Below, one piece after another: positions 24,363 through 38,548 of a stretch of DNA of 64,000 nucleotides. A program made the translations under genes and the position numbers. The stretch is from Squalus acanthias (Eukaryota), in contig CM059432.1 of the NCBI GenBank assembly GCA_030390025.1, positions 141,114,001-141,178,000 on the forward strand, given 5' to 3'. The number at the start of each line of letters is the position of its first letter. Within the stretch, counting starts at the first letter, position 1. Below the pieces are notes generated by a model. It worked only from the letters and a program-made list of their open reading frames with translations, searched no databases and was not told where the DNA came from.

Positions 24363-27179
24363 CATTGACTTAAGGGCTTGTATAGGTCCTAATTTAAGAG
24401 GCCTTTGGCTCAGTGTCATCTGTCAATGGGTCCCTTGTGCAGCAAAGCACTGGGAGCCTTTTGTGATGGGAAGTGACCTTGTCCTGGAAGGTAACCTGCC
24501 CACCTCTTGATGGAGAATCTGACTGCATTTCAGCCTCACCCTGCACCAGTGCCAGATTTCCAACATTTTCCCAGCGAGTTGAGAATTTAGTCTCTTTTTC
24601 TTACTCTTCTCTCTCCCCAACATTGTCTATATTAATGGACCACAGTTGCCTTGTTGGTCTATAATTTGATGCACTGTCTTGCACCTGATGTCTTAAATGG
24701 TTTGAGAAACAGACAATCTGGTGAGTTCAGGCCAATTTTTAAGCCATGATATATAGGATGTGTACCATATTCCCCATTTTAAAGCATAATCCCCAACCTG
24801 TGAGGGAGGCATTGCTAATAGATGTTGGGGGGGATGCATCACAATGCCCTCAGTGCCTTTCTGTTTTTCCATTATTATAGGGCAGTAGGTGCTGCTTGAG
24901 ACAGGGATACAAGAGGCCATCGTGTAAAGAGGTTTAGCTGTGAAGGGTGCATAAATACTGCAAATGTGTCAATATGACTGCCAACAGTAGCTGAAGCACA
25001 TGTAGGTACAGCTGCGCTCAGATTCTGGAACCCACTGTCAGAGCCAGATAGTGCACTTTGATCACCTCAGACTGATGCAGCAGTAGGGATACCATGCCCA
25101 CTCCAATCTGGAACTAGGCTCCAGTGGAGAGGTCCTAGTCGGTTGCAGCTGGGGCTTCACCTTGTTGATGCTGAATCCCACACACCTGAAGCATGTACAG
25201 CACAGTCTGAACTGTGCTCAAGGACGCCACTGCTTTTCCAACAAAATATTCCACACTCTTATACTTTTTATATCTTTTTATAACTAGCCAGTATATATGT
25301 CACATTATCATCTTGTGGACTGGGATGTTTCAGTGCTCTCTCAAGGCTTGAAGATCCCCATTAGTTGCCTCTACAGGCAAAAAAAACCCCCCAGAGAACT
25401 TGCTTAGAATGAATTTGAGTTAACAGAACATGGGGCAGATTACGCGACTTGAAGTGTGAAAATATAAACAGACAGTATCCCTGTAAATTATTGCACCCCC
25501 CATTAATGGAGGAAGTTCAAGGCTTGAATCTAGAGATTGAACTTTACTCCAGGAGTGAGGAAGAATACCTACAGTAAATAATCTAACTTTTCCCACCATC
25601 CATTTGTTACATTGTAGAAATGGTAAACTGTGTAAAATGGCATAACAAAGGCATAGTTAATTAAATACTACAATCCTTCTTCGCACTGTGACTGATCAGA
25701 CTGTAGGCTTCCCGTAGGCACAATTACTAATGTGTTGGAAGATTTATTGCCAGCAAGTCTGGGTTTTACTGCAGCTTAATTCTAAGAGCCATAAGGTTTA
25801 AGTAATACAAAAGTATTTCAGGTGAACTTGATCTGTAGCTTTTTAAGTACTGCAGCTTGCAACACAATAAATCTCTTTTTCTACTTCATAGTGAAAATGT
25901 TAGTTAGTAAAGTAAACCTCATCTTAACCAAACAGACTCGCTACTGGTTCTGCACAAGTGTTTGATTTATTGCAAATAAGGTGTGGCCCTGAGCCAATCA
26001 AAGCTCCAGCAACTAAATGTGTCCTCAAAGTGCTTTATGTTTGCATTTTAAGGGCATGGGTGGGGTAGGGTTCTGGGAATATTTTGCTGGAAATGTTAAT
26101 GCTCCCACATGCCAGATTTTGGGGCTAATTTCTAAAATTGAAGTGGTCACAAATATCGTTCAAGGAGGTGCAATAGGAAATAATGGTCAACATGTTATTT
26201 GCAGACCCCAGAATAGCACAGTTGTGGAGTGAAATTAAATTAAAAGACCATTTAAGCAAAAAATGCAGGCCGTATGGTTAAACAATTGCAATTAGGGAGA
26301 AGTATGTTGGAAAATTTTCTGTGCCAACATAATGAGCCATTCTACTGTACCATTTTATGCTTCAGTAAAAAGTCTGAACTGTCCCATCACTCTTGTAATT
26401 TGTCTCGGGAACTTTTATTCACTGACTGCCAACTTCTTTGCCAGACCACTATATTATGTTTGGTTGCTTTCCTTTCAAGATATCTCTCTCTCACATTTTT
26501 GCACAAATTACATTTTTTTCCTCTTTTTAGAAAGAAGGGAAGGGAATGACTTTGCCATGCAATAACATAGCACCAATTTGTACAATGGTAGTTGGAAAAA
26601 CTCAGGATTTGAGAATTGCTCTAAGAGCCATCCATATTTTTCGTCATTTTCACGAGAACACAGATTAGTTGGGGTTTGTACACTTTCTTTCTCTGTCACC
26701 ATTGGTATCTCTCTCTCATTCTCTTTCTATCTGCATAATATAAGTTTCTTTTTGCAATCTCCATTTTTAGAAAAGGGAGGAGGTCACAAGTATATTCTGA
26801 ATAACCACTTAGATAATGAAATAAAAGTGGCCAAAAATTCAGTCGCTTAGTGTAGTGTAGCAATAAACAACTGCAGCATTTTGATTGGTTGGCTCACTCA
26901 TGAGTCATAAACCTCCAGTCTGGAAATCACAAATTGTAATTACTGAGTCTTGCTGTGACTGGCAAAGATGTATGCCATGCAGGGTGAGAGAATAAGTACC
27001 TGAGTGTTGATTTACCAGATACACATCCTGACATGGTAACCTTCAGACATCGTCTCAAATCCTGGAGTGTCCAATCGGGAAAAGGTGCATTGACTGAGTT
27101 CCTGGAATGTCTGTCAACAACAATAGTTTCTTGTATTTCTACAGTGCTCTTCATGTGCAGGAAGATGTTTTAAAGTGAT

Positions 27180-28059
27180 GGGGAGAGAAATTCGGTATCG
27201 CCCCGTTTGGGGAGCAATTATCGGCCAGGTGCAAAGTTTAGCGCCTGGCGCTAATTATCGCCTCCGACTGCAAACTTGGCTTCTATTGTCCCTGGAGTTA
27301 ATTTGAGCGCTAAATCAGGCGCTACACACCTCTCTCAAGGCGCTAATGCCGAGGAGCGAGGCGCTACTTCAGAGCGCTGACGAAGCTCATGTGATGTCAG
27401 TCAGCAATGGAACACAGACACACTGGCGCCGGTCAGTTCTTAAAGGGGCGGGGTCGATCTTGCTCTCCATCCACACCCTGCTCATTGCAGTCTTGAATCT
27501 CGGCCTGGAGAGACCTGTACATCAAATCTGCTGGAAAGAACAATGGAGAGGCCCAGGAAAAGAGCTCAGAGTGCAGCCCCCATAGTCTCTTCTAAATCGA
27601 TGCAAGGAAGATCAAATCAAAATAAACCTGCAAAGTGCTGCTCAGTACCCAAAACTCCTTCACACAGCGTTGAATCTCTCCAGAAGTGTGTCTCTCTCTC
27701 AGAATGCGTGGTGCAAAAATGTCGCCAACAAAAAAAGGCAGGAAGCGGTCGCCTTTAAATAGCACTCCCCCATCCCTTCCCGACTGCAAAACGCTCCCCT
27801 CAACCTGTCATTGCTAGCGGCAGGCGGTAAGGCAGGGGGCGCCACTCAATATCTGATCTGGGGCGTTGCACGCTCGACTGACGTCACGATCTGCGGGCGC
27901 AGGAGATCGTGGCGGTAGTGTTTAGCGCCGCCACAAAATGTCTGGTCAATTTCGCGAACGGCGCAAACATCACAGCGCCCGGGCGCTAGTTGCTTTGCAC
28001 CCCATTAGCGCCCTCTTAGGGTGCTAATGGGAGGCGCAAAGCAACTGAATTTTTCCCCC
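27180..28059. mobile_element. Non-autonomous TIR element, CpG-rich
   Basis: TIRs ggggagagaaattcggt / actgaatttttccccc, with repeated gcgc/ggcgcta motifs near both ends. Confidence 0.65.
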
Positions 28060-28099
28060 TTAAACTTTAGGAGGACAAAAACAGTGGATCCCGAACCGG

Positions 28100-29060
28100 G
28101 TTGAGAATGAGAAAAATGGAGAGAGTTAGGGGGGAGGGGGTTGAAGAGGTTTTAAAAGCAGAGAGGGAGGTGGCAAGGTTAAGAGAACTGGGTTGGAAGT
28201 TCCAAAGTGCAAGTGTGTAATGGCTGCACAGCATTCATCAGTGGTGGAGCACAAGGAGAAGCCTGGTATTAGAGGAGCAAAGGATGTGTGCAAGGTTGTA
28301 AGGCAGGAGGAGATCACCAAGGTACGGCAGGGCGAGATCCTGAAGGGCATTGAAGGAAAGGATGATAATTTTGAAATCAAATTTGCTGGAGTATGGGGAG
28401 CTTGGAGATGAACTTGGAGAGGGCATGAAGGAGATAGAAACTGCAGAAATATGCAGTTCAGGCCTAACGCGGGGGGAGGTTTGGCTTGGTGGGCAAGGGG
28501 AAACGACAGCTGAGCAGATGGTCTTAATCTTGGTGATAAAGAAGTCCATGAACTCCTTGCACTTGTTGTTGGTGAGGGTGGAGGTGGCAGGAGAGAGGGG
28601 CTAAGGAGACAATTGGTAGTGGAGAAAAGAAGCCGGTGCCTATGTTTGCTCTCCTGGATGATTCTGGAGTAATGGGCAATTTTGGCAGGGGAGCGTGAGA
28701 CCTCAAAGTGCTTGAGGGGGTCCAGCCAAATCTAGTCATGGATGACTGCACCAGCTGTGTGCCAGTTGTCTGCGCTCCTTTGATTTAAAGGAGCGAAGAT
28801 GGGGGCCACACCAGGGGGTTTGACTGGAATTGGAGAGATTTTGTTGGGAACAAGGGCATCAAAAATGGGAGAAGATTGACAGCTGTAGAAGTATTGTGGT
28901 GAATGAGGGCCAAAGATTAGGCAGTTGGGATTTAGAAAGTGCAGTTGTAAGTGATTCTGGGGAGAGATTTTTCTAGGGACGAACACAGAAGGAAGTGGGA
29001 TTGGAAGAAGGTAGAGGGATGTGGGTGGTGAGGGATACCAGAAAGTGGTCGGAGGTAGCA
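28100..29060 (-). mobile_element. Degraded L2-like LINE fragments
   Basis: Minus strand reads FMDFFITKIKTI-like and resembles the L2 3' region at 47490-47941. Confidence 0.6.
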
Positions 29061-29067
29061 TGTTAGT

Positions 29068-29519
29068 TGTCAGCTATGGCGCAGTGGTAGCACTCTTCTC
29101 TGAGTCAGAAGGTTGTGGGTTCATGTCCCACTCCAGAGACTTGAGCACAAAAATCTGGGCAGACACTCCAGTGTAGTACTGAGGGAGTGTTGCACTGTCG
29201 GAGGTGCCGTCTTTCGGATGAAACACTAAACCGAGGTCCCGTCAGGTGGATGTAAAAGATCCCAAGGCACTATTCGAAAAAGAGTAGGGGAGTTGTCACC
29301 GGTGTGCTGGCCAATATTTATCCTTCAACCAACATCACTAAAAACAGATTATCTGGTCATTATCACATTGCTGTTTGTGGGAGCTTGCTGTGCGCAAATT
29401 GGCTGCCGCATTTCCTACACTACTACAGTGACTACACTTCTAAATTACTTCATTGGCAGTAAAGCACTTTGGGATGTTCTGAGGTCGAGAAAGGTGCTAT
29501 AGAAATGCAAGTCTTTCTT
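29068..29519 (+). mobile_element. Deu-domain tRNA-derived SINE, full length
   Basis: A box tggcgcagtggtagc, B box ggttcatgtccc, Deu core and tail, followed by a (CT)-rich tract to ~29630. Confidence 0.92.
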
Positions 29520-29999
29520 GCCTTTCTTCCTCTCTCCCCTCTCTCTTTCTCTCTCACTTTCTTTCTTTCTCTCTCTTTCTTTCTCTCTCCCTCTCTCTCT
29601 CTTGCTTTCTCTTTCTCTTTTCTTTTCCTGCCTTGGGGGATGACCAGGTTGAGGGGTGGCCTTGATATGAAAAGGAGAGAAAGTTAATGAAATCAGAGGA
29701 GAGATGGTAAGGAGAGCTGAGACGAAGATGGAAATCAGTACTTTGCATTTGTCACCATTAAATGTTATTTGTCTGCTGTATTGAATATTCGATTTAAATA
29801 CTTCCGAAAAACTTAGCTGCATGTTCTGATCCGACTGCACTCAGCTGTGTCAGCTGCAAATATAAAAGCCTTATAATTTGGTGTACATTCAGATCATTTA
29901 TTTAAATCACCAACAAAGGTCCACTTACTGGCCCCCACAGTACAGTACTCCACTCAGCACCTCGCCCCTGTCTGGCACTATGGCTCTCATGGGTACTCT

Positions 30000-30540
30000 G
30001 TTTCCTTTTATTTTATCCAATTACTTATCCAGTCCCAGCTTCTACCTTGGATGTTAATAAATTTTAGTTTAATTAGTATTTCATTTAAGACTTTGTCAAA
30101 CCCCTTTAAAAGTTCAAGTAATCTATCATAGGAATTTCCACAATCTATTTTATTCCCCCAGAGAGGTCAAGGATGCTTGTCAAACAGAACTTTCCCCATC
30201 AAAATTGATGCTGTTACTTATAAAACTATGACTATGCAGGTATTCCTCCAACCTACTCCTTAATATAACTCCAGTTATTTACTTGGTGTTGGCTGTAGTG
30301 ACCTGGGTGCAATTTGTTCTCTTTTAAAAATAAATGTAGGCACTAGGACATCTTGTTTCCAATCCTGCAGGACATCTCCTGTACTCAATGAATCTTTCAC
30401 TTTGTAGCCAGTAGCCTGCAAATTTCTTTCAGCACCCTTGGATATATGCCATTTGGCCCATGAGTTTTGTTAGTTTCAATCCTTTTAATTTATCAAGTAC
30501 CTCCTCCTCACTGATTTCAAGATATTTATTGAACACAATA
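30000..30540 (-). mobile_element. Highly degraded CR1 fragment
   Basis: Minus strand reads EISEEEVLDKLKGLK..., similar to the CR1 at 22304-24362. Confidence 0.55.
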
Positions 30541-30689
30541 ATTGGATAGTGAACTTGTATTTTCCTCCCTGGTGAGCACTTCTGATAATTCAATGACTTC
30601 CCCTTTACCTTCAATGAGTGTAAACATCTGTTCTGAGACTTCAACTTTTCAGTGTGGTGTAATGCCACAAATCAAGGCTCAAGCATTAG

Positions 30690-30935
30690 CATCATACAGC
30701 ACAGAAGGAGACCATTCGGTCCATCGTGCCTGTGCCGACTCTTTGAAAGCGCTATCCAATCAGTCCCACTCCCCCTGCTCTTTCCCATAGCCCTGCAAAT
30801 GTTTATTTTCAAGTATATATCAAATTTCCTTTTGAAAGTTACTATTGAATCTGCTTCCATCACCCTTTCAGGCAATGCATTCCTGAATACCTCAATAAAT
30901 CTCTCTGTAACCTTCTCTGCTCTAAAGAGAACAAT
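30690..30935 (-). mobile_element. CR1 3' end fragment
   Basis: acagcacagaaggagaccattcgg... Minus-strand ORF NALPERVMEADSIVTFKRKFDIYL. Confidence 0.85.
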
Positions 30936-32358
30936 CCTAGGGAAGATGTGTTGCATGGTGAGATCACATTGATGGTAGAAGTGGCTTTTAATGATCTGGC
31001 AGATAGAAAATAGGGACCCTGTCACAAGAGGGGTTGAGAGCAGAGGTGGGGAATGTGCCACACACAGTCAAGGATCTTGATGACTGCATTCTGAGATAAA
31101 CCTTAGCAAGCACACAAGTGCAGCCAAATTTTTTACTGTGGAGCGACTACAGCAGATTGTGTTGCAAAATGACACATTTATTAAAATGCTGTTCTTTCAG
31201 TGCCATTAACTGGCACCAGGCCAATCATTTGATATCTGTCTTAATGGTTGGAAATTGCACATAGAGTGCTTGGCCTGGTTGGTGCATAATTTTATTTTCT
31301 AAATTTGGTGTCATTTTTCTGAGAACTCTTGAATTAGACACTTTCTAAGAATGAATGATATTTGGCTTAATGCTGGATTTTTCCAAAATATGTGCCTTTT
31401 GAATATGCCAGGTGAAATAAAGATAGTCAAGCTTATTGGGGTGATCGAAATCTGAAGTGCATAGATACATAATGTAACGCAATGCAGTTGTTTACAAACC
31501 TGCTGCATACTTATTGAAATCTCTACAGAGGGAGAGCAGCATTTAACATTGATGCGTTTGGCTGTTATTCAAGAGTCAATGAATGCGTGCGAGAAAGCTG
31601 GCATTCATCAACAAAAATGATGTGACATTTGATTATTGTGGCAGTTTTTGAAATCGGAGACTGGCAGCAATAAATTTTAAGAGAGCATGCATCTGTACAC
31701 AAAATCTTCATCCGATGATTTGCTACTGCCGCGAGGCCCTGCCTCAGTCTGGGACCACAGAAATCTCCACATGCACTTTCACAGAGACCCCTTATTGTTT
31801 GGCAGAAGCCATGATTTTCACTGTAGGGGATAGGTAGATAATCCGTGCTGATTCGTCGTCTCTCGAGATAGAATGCTTTGCTACTATGGGACACTGCAAC
31901 CAGCCAAAAGACAGTAAAACTCAACTAGTGGCGAGTAGCTGAATTTAAATGACCAAGGTTGCAATTAGAAGGCCGTCTCTCTAAATGGAAGTCTAGCTGT
32001 TTTACCTTTAGAGCTACTGCGTCACAAAATGTGAATTTTGAGGCCTTGTTAATAGTTCATGAACACACATCACTTACAGTGCTAGTTTTAAATGTTCTTG
32101 GCGGTTACAGTTACTTCCTTTAAAGACTCCAGGAATGAACATTCCTCTCCCCAAAAGCAACGTTGTATTTACACAAGATATTTATATAAGGATGGTAGAT
32201 TTATTAGCTTGTGCTTATTGGGATGCAGGCGCACTTCAGATTGGAATGCAGACATAATTATAAACCAAATAGCATTATCTGATATATTTATAAAGAACAT
32301 AACTTTCTTCTGTAGTTCATTTGCCAATAAGCATTTTGAAACATTTTCCAAACTTAGT

Positions 32359-32609
32359 AATCTTAAATAAAAACAGAAAATGCTGGAAATACTCAGCGGG
32401 TCAGGCAGCATCTGTGGAGAGAGAAAGAGAGTTAACGTTTCAGGTCGATGACCCTTTGTCAGAACCAGTTCTGGTTCTGACGAAGGGTCATCGACCTGAA
32501 ATGTTAACTCTCTTTCTCTCTCCACAGATGCTGCCTGACCTGCTGAGTATTTCCAGCATTTTCTGTTTTTATTTAAGATTTCCAGCATCCGCAGTATTTT
32601 GCTTTTGTA
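32359..32609. mobile_element. Fold-back Penelope-like fragment: 110-bp inverted arms with two hammerhead motifs
   Basis: Arms 32359-32468 and 32471-32580 with a 2-nt spacer. 16-bp direct repeat ttagtaatcttaaata at 32354 and 32610. Confidence 0.88.
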
Positions 32610-32629
32610 TTAGTAATCTTAAATATCTT

Positions 32630-32770
32630 CTCCTTAATACCCATCTCTTTGACCAAGCTTTTGATCACCCCTCCTAATATCCCCTCCTTTGCCTTGGTGT
32701 CCATTTTTCTGATGATGCCTCAGGATGTTTTTCTGCATTAAAGGCGCTATATAAATGCGTATTGTTGTTG
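32630..32770 (+). mobile_element. L2-like 3' tail fragment
   Basis: atctctttgaccaagcttttgatcacc...ggcgctatataaatgc...ttgttgttg, matching 47790-47941. Confidence 0.7.
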
Positions 32771-35456
32771 AAAGACCCTAAAGCCACTCCATTACTGCAT
32801 CAAATTGGTACTTGAATGATCCCTTGCATCTGTCCTAACTCTGCCTTTTATTAGTTTGAACTTGTGTCCCGTTGTCCTCTCCCAATTTAATTTTAGGTAA
32901 ATTTCCAGATTTAACTTTCCCGTAATATTTATTATCTTGTATACAGTCGTCAACACTTTTATAACGGGCACATTGGTGTTAAATAGCTCGAGAAGGATGG
33001 CTAAGGAGTAGTAATGGGTAGGAATCAGGAGGGTAAATATCTCCAAAGCGAGAGATGAAAGCTGGCATGACCAGTTAAGGGAAAGAGGAGTGCAGGATCT
33101 GAAAGGGGCCACAAAAGGTTGATGGAATTATTGGGTTCAGATGCGGGATTCCTGCCGCCAGGAGGCAGCTTGCCAGTGCCCAGCCACAAAATCCTGGTCT
33201 TCCAACAGTGGGACTTCTGTAGCAGCTGAAGAGATGGGTGAACATTTGAAGGGACAGAAGAACCCCAAAATTCAGGGAATTGGCAGTCCTGTAGGCCTCG
33301 ACAGAGACCGAAACGGGTAGGTTAATGAGGGTCAGATTGGAGGAAGAGGAGCCTGCTCTATTGGAGGATCTCTGGGCTAAAACTGCCAGTTCCTTGGGCC
33401 CACTACCACGTTTCACATGGCAGTTCTGGGCAGCAATAGTAACACAGGCAGAAAACATAGGAAAATCTCCTGACGCTAGTCTTCCCCCCACCCCCCTGCT
33501 GTTATTTGCATGCTTCACTGCATGATTTACCACCAAACCCCCCCCCCCCCCCTCCTTTTCCACCACTTCCCTGCCCAAATTTGGTGAGCTATCAGAGAAA
33601 AATCCAGCCTCTTGTGTTATTTTCAAGTAAACGGTTACTCCCCTGCTCCAAATCATCCACTGAATTCATAAGATGGAACTGTGCCACACTTGCATTATCT
33701 GTTTGATTACACAAGATCACCTTGTCAATGGAGTAGTTATTTTGAAAATACATCAGCTTTAACGTTTGCAATAATATTTAAAGTGTTGATTTAGAAGATT
33801 GAAATATTACATATAATACCAGACAAATGAGCTGTAACCTTTCAAGGCTATGCTAGTGAGGCTTAGCTGGTTAGTTTCATAGTATAGCTTTGGATTCCAT
33901 TCAGAATTAGCTGTCCTCTCAATTCGATTTTTCTCTCTTCCCTTACCCAGCAGTACATTTTGTCAGCTCAAAACTGGGTGACTGAATAGGATCACTTTGA
34001 ATTTGTAGAATTCTCCAACTCTCAGAGATGGAAAAGCAACTAGGACTATTCTGGCCCTCTAGAGGAATACAGCTGCTGGGTCAATGGAAGTATAATTAAT
34101 AATCGCCATAAAAAGATCTGGAATCATACTGTCTATCCACACATAGCTAAAAGTGGAGACATATTGACAGCAATGGGATTGTAGAGGCAAACATAGGCCA
34201 AGACATGAATATATCGGTTTTTTTTTACTTGTAATGGGGGGTTAGCTGTTTGGAAATTAATTTGTCAAATGTACATGATAGGTTGTGTGAAGAGAAATGG
34301 CCTTGCTCTGATTGAAAGTTTATTGGAACCGCTTTCTGTCCTCAGAATTTTCCAGAAAAGCAGATGGATTGCATCTGCTTGTACCAAAGTAAAGTGCAGT
34401 TGTATGAAACATTGTCAGAAATTTTGATAAATTGTGTTATAAAGCCGTAGGGAGGATTTAATTGAAAAGTAACAGGTGTGCACAACACGTATCTCTGGGG
34501 GACGTTTTAGGTTCAGCCAACTGACTTGGACTGCGGTATTGTATTAGTATTATGGTGCCTAGCTTCTATTGATAAGCCATGTGAATTAAGGATTTTTACA
34601 GTATGATGCCTCTGTTTTTATTTATGAATATTATACTGTAATGTTGCAGTGGGATTAAAAAGGCAGCATTCAATGTACATAACGAACACTTACATTAACC
34701 TTTCTTCTCAAACTTAGCAGCAAAATAATGATAAATATGTTTGGCTATTTCTGGAATGGACACTTAACAAAGGCTGCCTTATTTTCATTCAGTTTTATTG
34801 TGTATAGCATAAGATAAGATATGCAGGCTGGGAAAATCAGAGGAATGCCTATTCCATTAAGCCCTTTCAACTTTTCAGAAATTGTTATCTTTCCTTTCTG
34901 TTTCCTGTAACACCGCTTCATACATCAACTTAAGATCATTTATTCTGTGCTGTCAACATCAGTCATAAGCAAACACATAAGCACCAAGTGAGAAGAATAA
35001 ACTGCAAGCTCGGGTCAGTTTTTTTTTTATTGCTTTGTATAAATTGCCGTTTCTTTTCTCAGTTTTTTGGAGAATGTTTTTTAGTATATCATTTTTAAAT
35101 TGTCTTGTAAGGTTTTGTCAAATCTTTTGAAACCGATGTCAGCCGTGACGAGGAGTTTGACACGCAATTGTAATTTGTAAGCTGTAAAATCTGCTGAAGT
35201 TTCGGGAAAGGACAAAAACTGAGACTCTGCATACCTACCTGAGGCAGAAATAGCTGGTGCAAATTCTAGAAGTTCCAGCAGACGCTTTGATCGCTTTGGA
35301 GAGCTCGGCATCTCTAGTACAGTTATGTGCAGTGGTTTTACTTAGCACTAAGACTCACTCATCAAACATGCTGTGTCTCGCATAAATTCCATTCTCCCTA
35401 ACTGACAAATGGTGGAGATGCTGTGGCCAGGAGGACACATTTTTGTGCACATTGTG

Positions 35457-35569
35457 CATTTCCTACATTACAACAGTGACTACACTTCAAAAGTACTTTA
35501 GATGTGAAGTGCTTTGGGACGTCCTGAGGTTGTGAAAGGCGCTGTATAAATGCAAGTCTGTCTTTCTTT
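35457..35569 (+). mobile_element. SINE 3' fragment
   Basis: tttcctacattacaacagtgactacacttcaaaagtac...aaatgcaagtc. Confidence 0.85.
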
Positions 35570-36090
35570 GGAACCCCATATCCAGCTACCGGAGGCAACA
35601 AAACTACAAAGCGACAAAGTCTGTGACTCGCCTTCCTTCCTTCCCCCACCTTCCTTCAGGTGAAGACTCTTGTTGATCGGGCCTCCTTACCAGAGATGGA
35701 GAATCCATTGTGGAACTTGAATTAGCACAGCTCTCACTTCCAGCCACGGCCCTCAATCTGTGGTAAGCCACAGCTACTCCCACAACAGACTTTGATGTAA
35801 AACACCAATGGGATGTATGCCAATCAGCATAGCTTTTGTACAGCCTCCATTAGAATTGGGAAATATCCGGTACATTGGTCTTCCTTCTTAGAAGCCACAG
35901 ATGACATACATTCACCCCCCCCCCCCCCCTCCTCCGCCACAATATCTCAATGGCCCCATAAAAGAAATTCTGGCTAGTGTAACTGGAGAATCATAAAAGA
36001 GCAACACTCACCTCGAAACCCTGCGACTCTCAACATACAACCCAATCTCCCAGTCGGAACAAACAAACTGCTTCAGCCCCCTTCATGTCC

Positions 36091-36306
36091 AAAGAAAGAA
36101 AGAACTTACATTTATATAGCGCCTTTCACGACCTCGACATCCGAAAGCACTTTACAGCCAATGAAGTACTTTTGCAGTGTAGTCACTGTTGCAATGTAGG
36201 CAACGTGGCAGCCAATTTGCGCACAGCAAGCTCCCATAAACAGCAATGACCATGACCAGATAATATCTGTTTTAGTGATGTTGGTTGAGGAATAAATATT
36301 GGCCAG
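36091..36306 (-). mobile_element. SINE 3' half
   Basis: Reverse complement of the family 3' half and tail. Confidence 0.85.
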
Positions 36307-37012
36307 AACATGAAACTTTGCGAATAAACTCCATATACACTAGTGTACGATAGCAGCATATGATCCAGTAAGCACCGTATAAACACAATGCACAGTGACT
36401 AAACCTGATATGTACACATTTCTCAGAGTCTTTGGTTTGGTAAAAAATTATTTTTCTTAGAAAGCAACAAAAAAACGTATTCAAAAACCTTTAAGTAGAC
36501 TACCATTCTCATCAGACTGCCAAAATTCTCAATAGTGCCTTATCCATTAACTTTTTTTTTTAAATGCTATAGTGGTTTTTAACAAGTTAATCGACATGCA
36601 AAATAAAGTGCAAATATTGTAAGATTTGTGATTTCAGTCACTAAGCTGAAGTTTAGTGGAAGTGCCACATCTTTTCTTTATTATGAGACAGTCCATGTGC
36701 CAGCCAACTACTGTCTGTGTGTATTGCTGATTTACAGCATTGCCAAGCAAATGAAGTTGGTATTCACAGGAATGTGCAGAAATGGACTTAATGAAGGTAG
36801 TGATGTATGTCCTGTCTGGCACAACTTTGTTAACTTGAATATTAAATCTTTAGCAGTTGATAAGTTTATTGTCCATCTTCAGCCCAACGACCTTCAGTTG
36901 CTTCATCAGTGACCTTCCCACTGTTCTAAGGAATTAGGGTGTTCGCTGATGATTCTGCAATATTCTGTTCCTCTCAACTCCTCCCACAATGGAGCAGCCC
37001 ATGCCAAACTAC

Positions 37013-38320
37013 TACTTCGCTTCTCTTCTTAGGCAGTCCCTCAGAACCGAGGATGACTTGCTTCCACACTAAAAATGAGTTCTCAGGTGACTGATGAGTC
37101 CAATGCGGGACCTACAGTCTCTGTCACAGGTGGGGCAGACGGTGGTTGAAGGGGCGGGTGGGTGGGGTGCTTGGGTTGACGTGCGCTCCTTCCGCTGTTT
37201 GCGCTTGGCTTCTGCTTGCTCCCGGCGAAGAGACTTGAGGTGTTCGGCGCCTTCCTGGATGCTTCTCCTCCACTTTGTACGGTCTTGGGCCAGGGATTCC
37301 CAGGTGTCGGTGGGGATGTTGCACTTTTTCAAGGAGGCTTTGAGGGTGTCCTTGAAGCATTTTCTCTGCCCACCTGGGGCTCTCTTGCCGTGTCGGAGCT
37401 CCGAGTAGAGCGCTTGTTTTGGGCGTCTCGTATCGGGCATGCGGACGATGTGGCCCGTCCATCGGAGCTGATCGAGTGTGGTCAAAGCTTCGATGCTGGG
37501 GATGTTGGCCTGAGCGAGAACACTGACGTTGGTGCGCCTATCCTGCCAATGGATTTGCAGGATCTTGCGGAGGCAGTGTTGGTGGTACCTCTCCAGTGCT
37601 TTGAGGTGCCTGCTGTACATGGTCCATGTCTCTGAAGCATACAGCAGGGCGGGTATCACTACTGTTCTGTAGACCATGAGCTTGGTGCTGGGTTTGAGGT
37701 CCTGGTCTTCAAACACTCTCTTCCTCAAGCAACCGAAGGCTGCACTGGCACACTGAAGGCGGTGTTGGACTTCGTCATCGGCGTCTGCCCTTGTTGACAG
37801 TAGGCTCCCGAGGTATGGAAAGTGATCCACGTTGTCCAAGGCCTCGTCATGGAATTTGATAATTGGGGAGCAGTACTGTGTGGCGGGGCAGGTTGGTAGA
37901 GGACCTTTGTCTTACGGATGTTTAGTGTAAGGCCCATGCTCTTGTACGCTTCGGTGAAGGTGTTGACGATGGTTTGGAGTTTGGCCTCAGAGTGTGCGCA
38001 GATGTAAACGTCATCTGCATACTGTAATTCGATGACAGAGGATGGGACGACCTTGGATCTGGACTGGAGGCGACGGAGGTTGAACAGTTTCCCGTTTGTT
38101 CTGTAGATTAGCTCCACTCCAGCGGGGAGCTTACTGAGGGCGAGATGGAGCATTGCAGCCAGGAAGAGCGTTGGTGCGATGACACAGCCTTGCTTGACCC
38201 CGGTCCGTACGTGAATTGGGTCTGTGGTGGATCCATTGGTCAGGATCACAGCTTGCATGTTGTCGTGAAGCAGGCGGAGGATGGTGACAAACTTTTGAAG
38301 GCAGCCGAATTTGAGGAAGA
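37013..38320 (-). mobile_element. 5'-truncated RTE-clade LINE with 8-bp TSD
   Basis: TGVKQGCVIAPTLF, LQYADD, HFPYLGSLLS, QLRWTGHIVRM and a C-terminal CPTC...HLRTH zinc finger. caaactac at both 37005 and 38321. Confidence 0.95.
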
Positions 38321-38548
38321 CAAACTACAGCAGGAGCTGCACAACATTCAGGCTTGGCTGACAAGTGGCAGATAACATTCTTGCCATCTTAAAAACTAGA
38401 CAGTGACCATCTCTAATGAGAGACGGCCCAACCACCTGCCCCTGGGCTTTTATGACACCACCATGACCAAATCCCCCACCATCACTGCCCCTGCCACTGA
38501 ACTCAATATTCATCCCCACTAGCTCCAACATCACATGCCTGCGTAATA

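Noticed and set aside
29068..29135. tRNA gene
   Set aside because: A and B boxes belong to the tRNA-derived SINE head and continue into the SINE body. The same applies to the other copies.
32092..32677. Overlapping ORFs with the same peptide on both strands (NKNRKCWKYSAGQAASVER...)
   Set aside because: A consequence of the DNA palindrome, not coding.
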